Source: a virus
Taxonomy: Duplodnaviria > Caudoviricetes
IMG/VR virus record: IMGVR_UViG_3300032318_000487
Location: 1-64,000 of that record
Length of the DNA stretch: 64,000 nucleotides
Strand: one strand, 5' to 3'
The translations under genes were made by a program, and so were the position numbers. The notes under the pieces are model-generated. The model had not been told where the DNA came from and did not search any database. It was given only the letters and a program-made list of their open reading frames with translations. Below are positions 24,721 through 34,581 of this stretch, one piece after another. How positions within the stretch are numbered: position 1 is the first letter of the stretch; each line of letters starts with the position of its first letter.

Positions 24721-24899
24721 CACTTCACCTTCAAGCAAGCGGTGCGAAGCACCTTAGTAGAACGAGCAACGAGCGTTCCCGCTTCATTTGCCGCTTTTTC
24801 ACAAGTCATCTTATCAGACATCGGAATGTTTGTCAAAGCTACATTATTACCTTGAGCGAGAGCGCCAGCATAGATGTAGATGACCAGAACATATTCCAT
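24720..24899 (-). CDS. Small exported two-Cys protein (59 aa)
   Basis: Manual translation MEYVLVIYIYAGALAQGNNVALTNIPMSDKMTCEKAA...TACLKVK. Confidence 0.6.
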   Translation of the reverse strand: MEYVLVIYIYAGALAQGNNVALTNIPMSDKMTCEKAANEAGTLVARSTKVLRTACLKVK

Positions 24900-25009
24900 T
24901 ACCAGTACCCCTTGAAGCAGCCGTAAGAGTAGACACCGAATGACAGAGCCGCAGCAAGCGCAAAGCCGATCAGAGGTCCAAAGATTACGAGAAGAGTGAA
25001 AGTGTCCAT
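24899..25009 (-). CDS. Small membrane protein (36 aa)
   Basis: Manual translation MDTFTLLVIFGPLIGFALAAALSFGVYSYGCFKGYW; GAGGA RBS and promoter upstream. Confidence 0.55.
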   Translation of the reverse strand: MDTFTLLVIFGPLIGFALAAALSFGVYSYGCFKGYW

Positions 25010-25034
25010 CAGGTCCTCATTCGATCTTGATACT

Positions 25035-25063
25035 ATCTTATACTGATTCGCAGGTAGTGTCAA
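25035..25063 (-). promoter_or_regulatory. Sigma70 promoter TTGACA-17-TAAGAT
   Basis: Read directly from the sequence. Confidence 0.75.
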
Positions 25064-25302
25064 CCCTCTAGGTAGAGGACTAAAGCATAGGCTAAGTCTT
25101 GTGTTTCAACAACGTTCTTTCCAGAGTCCCATGAGACAACATACTTCACTTCCGGTCTACGTTTTCCGTAGATAGTTGTGAGTACATAAACACCCTTAGA
25201 CTTTCGAACGTCACCTTTGATTTTTGTAAAGCTGAGTAGACCTGACTGTATCGTATATCCGTCGAGTTGATTATACAGATCGTCGTACCGAGTGTCGGTC
25301 AT
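25060..25302 (-). CDS. Hypothetical protein
   Basis: ORF track; likely start MTDTR. Confidence 0.55.
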   Translation of the reverse strand: MTDTRYDDLYNQLDGYTIQSGLLSFTKIKGDVRKSKGVYVLTTIYGKRRPEVKYVVSWDSGKNVVETQDLAYALVLYLEG

Positions 25303-25460
25303 CACTTCACCTTTCAAGAGAGAAGAAGATCAAGTTCGTCGCGAAGTTCTTCGATCTGACCGAAGAGACGGAAAACGGAGGTATAGTCTTCACGATCCAT
25401 CGCTTCGCTATACTCAAGTTCAAGATCAGAAAGGGTGTCTCGCATCATCTGAAGTATCAT
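25302..25460 (-). CDS. Acidic hypothetical protein (52 aa)
   Basis: Manual translation MILQMMRDTLSDLELEYSEAMDREDY... Confidence 0.55.
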
Positions 25461-25476
25461 GGTCAAGCTCCTGTTA

Positions 25477-25680
25477 TTAGCGGGACTCACCGATTGCTTT
25501 AGCGAGGCTGATCAGTTTTTCAGCGGCTTGTTGATTGCAGTAAGCGCCACTGAAGATATCTTGAACGGACACTCGGCGAAGACGGGCGAGGCGTTCTGCG
25601 GTGCAGTAGATGCCATAACGGTCTTCGAGAGGGATTTCAGAGTAGAGGTTAAAGAAGGCGGAGGAGGATCTGTTGGTCAT
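25477..25680 (-). CDS. Hypothetical protein
   Basis: 67-aa ORF behind a putative early promoter. Confidence 0.55.
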   Translation of the reverse strand: MTNRSSSAFFNLYSEIPLEDRYGIYCTAERLARLRRVSVQDIFSGAYCNQQAAEKLISLAKAIGESR

Positions 25681-25750
25681 GGTCTAACCCCTTTCTCAAT
25701 GTCTATGATGTTAGAATATCAGGTTTGACGGCAGAAATACAAGCAAAAAA

Positions 25751-25771
25751 AGTGCGACATTGTGTCGCACT
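25751..25771. repeat. GTGCGACA-N3-TGTCGCAC palindrome / terminator, copy 2 of 3
   Basis: AGTGCGACA-TTG-TGTCGCACT followed by a T-run on the minus strand. Confidence 0.85.
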
Positions 25772-25808
25772 CTAAATCATTGATTTTGTTCAATATGTCT
25801 TTTTTAAG

Positions 25809-26039
25809 CTAGGCCATAAACTGCTCAAACTTGGCATTAACATCGATTGTTGGCACAGGCTTGAGTATAAAAGATGGAGTGAAACCATCAAATGCTCCAC
25901 CTTGATTTAAAAAGTATGCAAGGTCCTCGGCATCATCTTTGAAATGAAATGTATCAATGTATTGGTCAGACATAACTTCATACACCGACCAATAGTACTC
26001 GTTAAGCATCTCAAAAGCGATCACTTCATACTTCTTCAT
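25809..26039 (-). CDS. Conserved T4-like hypothetical protein
   Basis: LNQGGAFDGFTPSFIL motif. Confidence 0.65.
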   Translation of the reverse strand: MKKYEVIAFEMLNEYYWSVYEVMSDQYIDTFHFKDDAEDLAYFLNQGGAFDGFTPSFILKPVPTIDVNAKFEQFMA

Positions 26040-26042
26040 GAC

Positions 26043-26225
26043 TTATCCTTTCGGTACACAAGTTAGATTATAGTTATCCCAAGAGAAGCTACGCTTCTTC
26101 TTTTCCTCAATAACTTTTAGTGCAAGCATACACGCTTGTTGAGTATTAAACTCTTGAAAGGTTACAGTCTGCCCATTGCCACCTGCTCCTGCAAAGTAAG
26201 ACACAACAATAAGAACGTAGATCAT
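26043..26225 (-). CDS. Small exported two-Cys protein (60 aa)
   Basis: MIYVLIVVSYFAGAG...EFNTQQACMLA...LTCVPKG. Confidence 0.6.
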   Translation of the reverse strand: MIYVLIVVSYFAGAGGNGQTVTFQEFNTQQACMLALKVIEEKKKRSFSWDNYNLTCVPKG

Positions 26226-27631
26226 TAGTTTACCTTTAGTCTCTTGAACTTGTCTCGATTCATACTATTGGATTTATCCATAACTGGATTATCTTGTCCG
26301 CTGTCAATGATGTCCATCTGAGCCGACTGTTCAACATCATACAACTTCATCTTTGACCTGTCAATACCCAAAACAAATCGCTTGTTAACTGTTGGATCAT
26401 TATAACGATTTTTCAATTGCTTAACCATGATCTGACCAAGTTCTTGAAGCTGTTCTGTGGAAATCAAAGCGAACATAAAGTCCGCAGTTGCAGGAAGACC
26501 GAAAGATTCCGATGTGTCTGTCAAATCAACATCGGAGTTTGAATAACCAGATCGTGTTGTCTGTGTCGCTGTCACTAAAGGTACTTCATACTCAACGGCA
26601 AGACCACGAAGTTCTTCAGCAATGCTCTTGATATATGTATACGAGTTTACACTGCCACCAGGCTTAACTCTTGATGACATACAGATATTAAGATAGTCAA
26701 TGAAGATGATATCAGGCTTGAATGACTTCTTTAGATTCAATTCATTCAACAATGCTTTAAAGTGAATAGTGGAAGCACCAGCAGTTGGATACTCTTTGAT
26801 GATAAGTTTACCGTTTGTCTTAGCCTTTAGAGACAAAGCTTTCTTCTCATACATTGATTTAGGAAGTTGCATCAAGTCTTCAAATGTAATGTTCATAAGA
26901 TTAGCATCGATACGCTTTGCAACTTCTTCTTCAGCAAGTTCTAGAGTTATGTAAAGAACATTCTTGCCCATGTTAAGACATGATGATGCCATGTGACACA
27001 TGAACAATGACTTACCAACACCTGTACCTGCAAGAGCAACATTCAATGTCTTCTTAGGCAAACCATCTTTAGTGATCTTATTGAAGAATTCTAGATCAAA
27101 CGGAATCTTCTCTTGAACACGATGATAATACTCATACCGATCATCATATGATTCAAGATAGTCATGACCAACATTAGGATCAAACGATACTGCAAGTGCA
27201 TCAGACAACAATTGTGGAATAGCTCCCTTTGTGAGAGAGCTATTCTTATTGTTCATAATCTCGATTGAATTCATGATGGCATGATAGATTGCTTTTTCTT
27301 GACAGAACTTTTCTGTCGAATCAGTCAACCAATCAACATTAGTATCGACTTTATCTTCTTGTAGAACCTTGATTGTATCATTGATACTCTTAACTTGATC
27401 TTCCTTAAGACCTTTCAGATTATCAATCTCAATCAACAAAGCATCTACTGTTGGAAGATTGTTATACTTAAGTATGAACTCTTTGATTTCCTTGAAGATT
27501 GTCCGATCTTCTTCTACAGTGAAATAGTGATCATGTAGAAAGGGAAGAACTCTTCTTGTATAGACTTCATTCTTCAACAAGTTCTTCAGAATTGTCTTTT
27601 CGATCTGCACTAGGTGCCTCCGCAGCTTCAA
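26225..27631 (-). CDS. 41: Replicative DnaB-like helicase (T4 gp41)
   Basis: AGTGVGKS Walker A, ITLELAEE, IDYLNI, SESFGLPATAD, KNRYNDP. Confidence 0.97.
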   Translation of the reverse strand: MKLRRHLVQIEKTILKNLLKNEVYTRRVLPFLHDHYFTVEEDRTIFKEIKEFILKYNNLPTVDALLIEIDNLKGLKEDQVKSINDTIKVLQEDKVDTNVDWLTDSTEKFCQEKAIYHAIMNSIEIMNNKNSSLTKGAIPQLLSDALAVSFDPNVGHDYLESYDDRYEYYHRVQEKIPFDLEFFNKITKDGLPKKTLNVALAGTGVGKSLFMCHMASSCLNMGKNVLYITLELAEEEVAKRIDANLMNITFEDLMQLPKSMYEKKALSLKAKTNGKLIIKEYPTAGASTIHFKALLNELNLKKSFKPDIIFIDYLNICMSSRVKPGGSVNSYTYIKSIAEELRGLAVEYEVPLVTATQTTRSGYSNSDVDLTDTSESFGLPATADFMFALISTEQLQELGQIMVKQLKNRYNDPTVNKRFVLGIDRSKMKLYDVEQSAQMDIIDSGQDNPVMDKSNSMNRDKFKRLKVN

Positions 27632-27896
27632 GGATTAAATGATTTAGTAGAATGCCTAAGTGTTGTTCGAATCTCTTATCATTACGTAATGTTAACTCAC
27701 TAGATTCCGCAGGGTCAACAACGTCATAGGAAAATCTCAAAACGGCAGTGCCATTATCCTGTTCCTTCACACCAACTTGAGTGTATCGAAATATAACATC
27801 TTTGTATGGTGGTGTCAATATCTCAATTGCTATTGTATCACCGTTCTTAGATTTTGTTAGATCATCACGGAATCTGAAATCACTATTTTCAATCAT
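27567..27896 (-). CDS. gp40-like head vertex assembly chaperone
   Basis: Position between uvsX and 41; PYKDVIFRYTQV...LRFSYDVV. Confidence 0.6.
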   Translation of the reverse strand: MIENSDFRFRDDLTKSKNGDTIAIEILTPPYKDVIFRYTQVGVKEQDNGTAVLRFSYDVVDPAESSELTLRNDKRFEQHLGILLNHLILEAAEAPSADRKDNSEELVEE

Positions 27897-28945
27897 TCAT
27901 CATTCTCCACACTAGTCTTGTTTGTCTTTCCATAAAGGAACTCTTGCTTGCAACCTTCATCAATCAAGTCGAGAATTTCTTTTGTGAAATACTTCTGTGG
28001 ATTCTTTTTGACTTGAGACTCGAATGCCTTATCACCATTTGGAAATTCGTATCTTGTTGAAACTTTCTTTACGATATCAAACTTCTCTGCAAGATCAAGT
28101 AGACCATAATATGGATCAAGACCCTCAGCGTAGTTCAACCAAGTCTCAACTCTCTTATCTTCAATAGTTAGACGAGCCTTCTTAGTGTGTGCAGTGACTA
28201 CAGCACCTGTGCGACCTTCTTCATCATCTAGCATCTTGTCTTTCTTTTTTGAGAGAAAGATGATTGTAGATGCTGCATATTCTAGACCTGAACCACCACC
28301 CATCTTCTTGGTCGGCACATATGCACCAGTCACATCGTATACGTGATTAGTCACAATAAGAGCAACTTGTGCTTTACCTAGCTTCAATGTAAGAACACGA
28401 AATGCACCACGAATAAGCTGGGCACGAGTCATATCTCGTGTGTCTTTACCCTCTGAAATGTCAGCCATTTCTTTCTCAGTGGATAGATTACCCAACGAGT
28501 CAAGAACAAATATCATAGGAAGTCTGTCTTTCTTCTCAAGATACTTGTCGAGAATCTTGGCAGCTTGTGTTCTAAACTCTTGAACAGTTGCAACTGGCAT
28601 GATTGCAATTCGCTTTGTGTCAACACCACGATCTGTTAGCATTTGCTTAGAGATGGCAGACTCAGATTCAAAGTAAAAGATGAAGCCGTTTGGGTTGTCT
28701 ATTAAGAATTGCTTACAGATGTTGATTGCATAGAATGTCTTACCAGTTGATGGTTCACCTGCTAGGGCAGTAACCTTATTAGCTGGAAGTCCGTTGTAAA
28801 TAGAGCCAGAGAGCAAAGCATTGAGAGAATAGCTGCCACTATTAATAAATCCAGTAACATCACCCGCTTCGATTCCTTCGTCTGCGATGGACGCATACTC
28901 ATTCTTAGTCTCCTTAATAAGTTCGTTAAATAAGTCATTCATCAC
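27893..28945 (-). CDS. uvsX: RecA-like recombinase UvsX
   Basis: AGEPSTGKT, FESESA, VLDSLG, KKMGGGSG. Confidence 0.96.
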   Translation of the reverse strand: MMNDLFNELIKETKNEYASIADEGIEAGDVTGFINSGSYSLNALLSGSIYNGLPANKVTALAGEPSTGKTFYAINICKQFLIDNPNGFIFYFESESAISKQMLTDRGVDTKRIAIMPVATVQEFRTQAAKILDKYLEKKDRLPMIFVLDSLGNLSTEKEMADISEGKDTRDMTRAQLIRGAFRVLTLKLGKAQVALIVTNHVYDVTGAYVPTKKMGGGSGLEYAASTIIFLSKKKDKMLDDEEGRTGAVVTAHTKKARLTIEDKRVETWLNYAEGLDPYYGLLDLAEKFDIVKKVSTRYEFPNGDKAFESQVKKNPQKYFTKEILDLIDEGCKQEFLYGKTNKTSVENDE

Positions 28946-28955
28946 TTTCTCCGTC

Positions 28956-29795
28956 TTACGTTTGTTCGAATAGTTTATTTGTTTCTGTCTTATTCTTTCT
29001 TGGCTTTTTGACTTTTGTTATAACTGGTTCTGCAACAGTCATATCAAGAAACTGTGGTTCATCATCTTTCTTCTTAGATATATTGAAAGCCAGCAGCAAC
29101 AAAACAGCCAAGGGATCAAACACTATGATAAGTAATACTATCACAAATCTGATCGCTTTGTCAACTATTTCTTTATCAGAGTCACCATAGATCAACTCCG
29201 CAACATACTTGATTGGTCCTATCTCAGCTTCAATCTTTCTAACCTCTGAATCTAATCTTATTCTGTTGTTTCTTAACTCAGATAGACTGCTTACAAGTTC
29301 CTGCTTCTTTTTTACCAAAGCATCTCTAGTCTTTCTCTGTTGATCAGCAGCCCTTAGTGATGACTGTGCCTGATTACGTTCTGTCATTTTCGTAATTGCA
29401 CTGTCAATCTGATCAATCTGAACATCGATGTCTTTGATAGAATCTTGAATCACTTTGATATCAGAGTCAATGATCTGAATCTTCTCAATCACACCAACAT
29501 TCAAGTTTATGCTCTGTTCGATATATGCTTTAGATAGAAAGCCGAAAATACCCATGCTTGTTATGAGCATGAGTATTACGATGGCAGACATTAGATATGC
29601 TTTGATTAGAGCAGGTGCTACTTTCCAGTTAGTATGAAGCCATGTTACAGCAACAAGCTTTCCTATCTCAAGGACTGTACCCATGATTACTATTGACCAA
29701 AACGATCCTGCAAAGATCGTTGTCAAACCAATAATAGAGTAGTATGCGGCAACAGCAGAGATTGCTATGCCGGATGCAAATACAACATAATTCAA
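28956..29795 (-). CDS. Membrane protein with long coiled coil (conserved in T4-like phages)
   Basis: N-terminal TM helices (AAYYSIIGL, LEIGKLV), EIGPIKYVAE, VFDPLAVLLL. Confidence 0.7.
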   Translation of the reverse strand: MNYVVFASGIAISAVAAYYSIIGLTTIFAGSFWSIVIMGTVLEIGKLVAVTWLHTNWKVAPALIKAYLMSAIVILMLITSMGIFGFLSKAYIEQSINLNVGVIEKIQIIDSDIKVIQDSIKDIDVQIDQIDSAITKMTERNQAQSSLRAADQQRKTRDALVKKKQELVSSLSELRNNRIRLDSEVRKIEAEIGPIKYVAELIYGDSDKEIVDKAIRFVIVLLIIVFDPLAVLLLLAFNISKKKDDEPQFLDMTVAEPVITKVKKPRKNKTETNKLFEQT

Positions 29796-29810
29796 TTTGA
29801 ATCCTCTATG

Positions 29811-32360
29811 TTACTTGAAGAAGTCCTCAAGCGTTGATCTATGCTCAGTTTTCCAGTTGATGCTGTCCAGAATGATCTTGAGTGGATCAAGAAAAGACTT
29901 ATCGAACTGTGTGTCATAGTCAATGTACTTAACAATGTCAAACTCAGGTGGAATCTTATCAGTGAAGGCAATGATGTTACTTCGAATATGATTTGGTTCA
30001 CGAAGATACATAAACTTGATCTTCTCACCTTCTTTGATTGTTTCATAAGTCTTGTTGAGCTTCAATTCTTTGAGAAGATGATTGTAGATGAGTGAACCAC
30101 GGACACCAATTGGTGTCCCCTTCTCATACACAGATCCATTCTTTCCAGAGTATCGATTCAAGCCATTCACACTTCTAGGAAAAGCTATGTCAGATGGTAA
30201 CAAAGTTTTAAATTCTTTTCTGAAGTCTTCGATGAAGTTAATCATATCATCGTTGCTACCATCAAAGATTACATTGATTGCTTCTTTTAGCTTTGCACGA
30301 CAAGCTGATGGTGTTGAAGACTTGATCATCTCAAGACCCATGATCTTGATCTTTGGCTTTGTGTAAGCAACACCTTCGTTGTTATGAACGTTTAGAATGT
30401 AACGCTTCTTTGATGTCCAGATACCCTTGTCAGCAAGAGCCTCACGCTTCATTTGCATTTTTTGTTCGAAGGCGTTAACATATCCAGCAAGCTCATCATA
30501 AGCTTTGTCAATGTATGGTTGAATTTTAGCTTCGCAGATACGATCCATGAAGTTGATAACTTCTGATGTTGTAGCAGATGGATTCGCTTCAAGATAAGTC
30601 TTGCAGACCAATCCACTAAGAGACAGATAAATCGAATCCGTATCTGACGCAATAACATAATCTTCATTCTCCGTCCTAAGGATTTTGTTTAAGTACTCAT
30701 TGAGCTTGTTTTCAATCCAACGAATAGACAACTGACCAGCAGTTGTGATTGCTGTGGCCTGTCGAATGTCAAAGAAGCGAAAGTATTGATTACCTAACGC
30801 ACCATAAGCTGAGTTGAGTGATACTTTCTTAGCAAGCTGAAGATTGTTATAGCGAGCAATTCGCTTTTCAATCTCATATCTTTTATCTATGTCTTTCTCA
30901 CCCTCAAGTTCTTTACGAGCTTCAATAGACTTAGCTTTATACACTGTACGATTTTCATACATTGCTGCCATCAACTCAGGCAGAAAGCCTTGCTTGTTTG
31001 TACGAAAGAACTGACCGTTTGGTGTCAATGTACAGTCACTTAGTCCTGATGTGTCTACACTTCTTCCGAGAAGATTATCCACAGAAACAGAACAAGAAAG
31101 AATATTACGATGAAGATTTCCATAATTTGAAGGTTCCATTAGAGTTTCTGGTGAGATGTTATACTGCATAATCAAATGTGGATACAGAGAGTTTAAGTCG
31201 AACGACGCAACCCACTTGTGCATACCAACAAGAGGTTCTTTTACATACGCACCAACGAAGGCAGCATCTTTACCATGATGCTCTGATGGAGGAATAACAA
31301 TGTTCTTTTTCTTCAGATGATTGAAGATGATTGCATCCCACATACGAACCTGTGCGAACACATCATCGTAGTTGCACTTGTTATCGTAAGCCAAAGTGAG
31401 AGCAAGCTCAATTAGCTTAAGCTTATCTTCTAGCTTTTCGACAAGCTTAACGTCTTTGATGTTATACTCAATGAACTTCTGATAGTTATCACGATATAGA
31501 GTATGAAGATTACCATCATACTGAATCTTACGTTCATTGACTTCTACACTTGCTATATGATCAAGCTTATAACTTTCTTGTGACTGACCACCTGGTGCAA
31601 ACTTCTTGTACAATTCAATGTAATCAAGAATACTGATACCAGATGGCAGATATGCCACTTGATCACGACCCATGATTGTCACTGTTCTTGTGTCAAGATA
31701 GTTCCAGGGTGACAAACGCTTTGCAAAGTCTTCACCCAGAAGATTTGTGATACGATTAACTAGGTACGGAATGTCGAAGAACTTTACGTTCCATCCAGTA
31801 ATGATGTCTGGATAGTTACCACTCCAGTCGTCAACAAATCGTTTGATCAAATCAAACTCATCTCGACAATGGATGTATTCAACGTCTGTATCTTTGTTGT
31901 TGTATACACCACAACCATAGACTTTGTACTTGCTACCCATCTTGTATGTGATAGCAGTGATAGGTTCAGATGCAGTAGCAGGTTCAGGAAAACCATTCTC
32001 TGAACCCACTTCGATATCGATGTTGCAGATGTTGATTAGATCGATGTTCCAATCGATGTCGTCAGCGAATGTGTCCGCAATAAATGCGTACTCATACTTT
32101 TGATTGCCGTAGATTTTGAAACCTTCTACACCTTCATATTGCTTGATGAAGTCACGACACTCACGAATAGTACCAGGTCTAATCTCGGATACATGTTCAC
32201 CGTAGATTGTCATGAACTCAGTTGGCTTTGAAGAGGGAACATATAACGTGGGATGATACTCAATCTTATGACGAACACGACGACCGTTGTCAATTCCACG
32301 ATACAGGATCTTGGAACCAAAAACTTGAACATTAGTGTAATGTGTTTGCTGAGACATCAT
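29811..32360 (-). CDS. 43: Family B DNA polymerase (T4 gp43)
   Basis: DIEV exonuclease motif, FDLNSLYPH, KVSLNSAYG, SDTDS. Confidence 0.98.
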   Translation of the reverse strand: MMSQQTHYTNVQVFGSKILYRGIDNGRRVRHKIEYHPTLYVPSSKPTEFMTIYGEHVSEIRPGTIRECRDFIKQYEGVEGFKIYGNQKYEYAFIADTFADDIDWNIDLINICNIDIEVGSENGFPEPATASEPITAITYKMGSKYKVYGCGVYNNKDTDVEYIHCRDEFDLIKRFVDDWSGNYPDIITGWNVKFFDIPYLVNRITNLLGEDFAKRLSPWNYLDTRTVTIMGRDQVAYLPSGISILDYIELYKKFAPGGQSQESYKLDHIASVEVNERKIQYDGNLHTLYRDNYQKFIEYNIKDVKLVEKLEDKLKLIELALTLAYDNKCNYDDVFAQVRMWDAIIFNHLKKKNIVIPPSEHHGKDAAFVGAYVKEPLVGMHKWVASFDLNSLYPHLIMQYNISPETLMEPSNYGNLHRNILSCSVSVDNLLGRSVDTSGLSDCTLTPNGQFFRTNKQGFLPELMAAMYENRTVYKAKSIEARKELEGEKDIDKRYEIEKRIARYNNLQLAKKVSLNSAYGALGNQYFRFFDIRQATAITTAGQLSIRWIENKLNEYLNKILRTENEDYVIASDTDSIYLSLSGLVCKTYLEANPSATTSEVINFMDRICEAKIQPYIDKAYDELAGYVNAFEQKMQMKREALADKGIWTSKKRYILNVHNNEGVAYTKPKIKIMGLEMIKSSTPSACRAKLKEAINVIFDGSNDDMINFIEDFRKEFKTLLPSDIAFPRSVNGLNRYSGKNGSVYEKGTPIGVRGSLIYNHLLKELKLNKTYETIKEGEKIKFMYLREPNHIRSNIIAFTDKIPPEFDIVKYIDYDTQFDKSFLDPLKIILDSINWKTEHRSTLEDFFK

Positions 32361-32373
32361 TCCTCTTCTCAAT

Positions 32374-32418
32374 AAAAAAGCCTAGCATAATGATACGCTA
32401 GGCTCGTGTTAATGTCAA
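32374..32418 (-). promoter_or_regulatory. Terminator-like hairpin overlapping the TTGACA-17-TATCAT promoter of gene 43
   Basis: AGCCTAGC-N10-GCTAGGCT plus T-run; the -10 hexamer lies in the loop. Confidence 0.7.
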
Positions 32419-32430
32419 TATGTGTTATCG

Positions 32431-32745
32431 TCACTGCCCCGGCATGACCAACTTAGATGAAGGTGCAACAATACCACCAAATATTCCGTTATACTGATTG
32501 ATGAATTCCTGAACAGGCTTCATCATTGTAATGACATGTGCTTTGTGAATAGTGAATTGCTTCTCATCCGAGAACTCTGCCCAAGGTGCAAAGCCTACAG
32601 TTGGTGCTTGTGGATTTGTCTTTGATGGAATAACTACAACACGAACAGGATTCTTGATCGTTACGTTAATTGAGCTATCTTCTACAACTTCACACATGAC
32701 CTCATCACCAGAGATCATCTTGAGAATCTTAAGATTAGTTGCCAT
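32431..32745 (-). CDS. Sm-like fold conserved T4-like protein
   Basis: LKILKMISGDEVMCEV..IKNPVRVV..VGFAPW. Confidence 0.65.
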   Translation of the reverse strand: MATNLKILKMISGDEVMCEVVEDSSINVTIKNPVRVVVIPSKTNPQAPTVGFAPWAEFSDEKQFTIHKAHVITMMKPVQEFINQYNGIFGGIVAPSSKLVMPGQ

Positions 32746-32969
32746 TAGTCTTGAAACTCCATAATATAATCATACACGCCAAGTGTTACCCACTTCTCTG
32801 GAATTAGAGTAACCTTAGAACCTGTCTCAGTCTCATAAGAGTACTTGTTGTCAAAGTCAACAATCTTACAGATTCGTTCCCACTTATCATCATAAGCTCG
32901 CTGCTTAAACTGCGTCTCAAGAATTGCCATTCCATATTCTGACTTTGCACCCATTCTAAGTCCTTTCAT
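32745..32969 (-). CDS. Hypothetical protein
   Basis: ORF track; tightly packed with neighbours. Confidence 0.6.
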   Translation of the reverse strand: MKGLRMGAKSEYGMAILETQFKQRAYDDKWERICKIVDFDNKYSYETETGSKVTLIPEKWVTLGVYDYIMEFQD

Positions 32970-33253
32970 AGATCAATATCATAATAGTTCGTGTTTGTTA
33001 AAAGTTTAAAGTGACCTAACTTTTGACCGTTCTCTATACAACGGTCACATATAGTACCACAAGTGTAGCAGTTTGTCAAGACTTCATACAGTTCTCCATC
33101 GATTGTTCGTGAACCGAAACAACCAACTAGATACTTTTTATCTTCACGTTCAAAGATTTCAGACGCACAACCCATCGCTTGCGTGCATGGATGTCCTGGC
33201 CCTTCTTCAAAGAGAGGTATGAACATCTTTCTACAGTGTGTACAAGTAATCAT
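32966..33253 (-). CDS. Cys-rich hypothetical protein
   Basis: CxxC, CxxxxGC, CxxCG.ICxxC motifs. Confidence 0.6.
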   Translation of the reverse strand: MITCTHCRKMFIPLFEEGPGHPCTQAMGCASEIFEREDKKYLVGCFGSRTIDGELYEVLTNCYTCGTICDRCIENGQKLGHFKLLTNTNYYDIDL

Positions 33254-33909
33254 TAGTCCCAGAGTCCACGATAGTATTTGCCGAAAAACATTAGACCTCT
33301 ATCGATACGTTCATGATGTTTCTTGTATCCTTCAAAATCAAATACGTGCGTATCGTTAGGACCCAACTCCATACGAGATAGTCCGTCTTCTTGCTTTACC
33401 CATTGAACGTCATGCTTACCATCATAAAATTGATCGTCAGAATTTTCATCAACAAGTTGCTCAAAAGCCCAAATCATCTCAGAAAGAATCCAACTCCAAC
33501 GGTCATGAACAGTGTTATCTATATAACCGTTATCGGGACCTGCTTGTTCAGTTGGATGAAGATATTCTGGTACGTCTTTAAGTTCAACCAAAGGAGAACC
33601 ATGCTTTGTAGCTTGAAGTTGTCTAAGCGCAGGTAGAATGATCAATGCAAGTGTGTGATCCATCGACCATGTATCATAGTCGTCAATTCGCACTTTTACC
33701 TTGCGACCTTTCCAAGCATAAAACTTGTTCAGTGGTCGCAACACAAGATCAAAATACAAATCAAAAGTCTTTAGAACGATCTTATCGGTCCTTGTGTAGT
33801 CTTCTTCTGCAACTTCCCACGGTTCTTTTTTATACATGCGGCGAAACCACCACCTTTCAAGAGAACGTGTGGTATAATACTTTTCATAAGGTCCGATATA
33901 GATTTTCAT
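33253..33909 (-). CDS. Conserved phage hypothetical protein
   Basis: KVKVRIDDYDTWSMDHTLA..ILP.LRQL...KHGSP; GLMFFGKYYRGLWD. Confidence 0.75.
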   Translation of the reverse strand: MKIYIGPYEKYYTTRSLERWWFRRMYKKEPWEVAEEDYTRTDKIVLKTFDLYFDLVLRPLNKFYAWKGRKVKVRIDDYDTWSMDHTLALIILPALRQLQATKHGSPLVELKDVPEYLHPTEQAGPDNGYIDNTVHDRWSWILSEMIWAFEQLVDENSDDQFYDGKHDVQWVKQEDGLSRMELGPNDTHVFDFEGYKKHHERIDRGLMFFGKYYRGLWD

Positions 33910-33910
33910 G

Positions 33911-34357
33911 TTAGCATCCTACGCTAGTATCAATTTCATACTCATCAATAATCTTGGTCAACTGATCTCGCAGTGTCTTCTGAAGACCAACACGAGTGAA
34001 CATCTTCCTTGCTTCTTCACCCAGAAGAAACTCAAAGGTCGCACCACCATCTACATTATCACGCTCAGATAGAACTTCAATATGCCAAGGATCAAGAGGT
34101 GGTGCGTAATCTTCTTCATAAGTCTCTTCAAAGATATCCTTGGCGCAGAAGTAAAACTCGCCATGAACACCCTTGATGAGATAGTCACCAACTGCACCAG
34201 TCATGGTATCTTCAAGAGTATATACCATCATACCAGTCATAGAACCATCAGGTCTACGAACGATGTCAGACTTTGACCATGCAGCAAGTTCATCTGCATT
34301 CTCAATCGTAATCTGACGGGCTTCAATCGGAATAGGTTTCTTTGTATAGAAAGGCAT
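33911..34357 (-). CDS. Conserved phage protein (KKPxxIEA / GDYLIKG family)
   Basis: YTKKPIPIEARQ, GDYLIKGVHGEFY.CAKDIFEETYE. Confidence 0.7.
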   Translation of the reverse strand: MPFYTKKPIPIEARQITIENADELAAWSKSDIVRRPDGSMTGMMVYTLEDTMTGAVGDYLIKGVHGEFYFCAKDIFEETYEEDYAPPLDPWHIEVLSERDNVDGGATFEFLLGEEARKMFTRVGLQKTLRDQLTKIIDEYEIDTSVGC

Positions 34358-34581
34358 TACTTAGTCTCCAATATTCTATTCAAATCATCAAAGGTGTAAC
34401 TTGTCATTGACACACCGACACGATCAGTTTTATGTTTATAGATGATATATCCTTTTGGATTACCATCTATATCTATGAATGGATAAAAAGAAACAACCAC
34501 AGGACTTTCTTCACCCTGAGAGTACCATTCACTAAGATGATGAGTTATTTTAATCCAATTTTCAAAAGAGTAGTTCATCAC
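34357..34581 (-). CDS. Hypothetical protein
   Basis: ORF track. Confidence 0.55.
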   Translation of the reverse strand: MMNYSFENWIKITHHLSEWYSQGEESPVVVSFYPFIDIDGNPKGYIIYKHKTDRVGVSMTSYTFDDLNRILETK

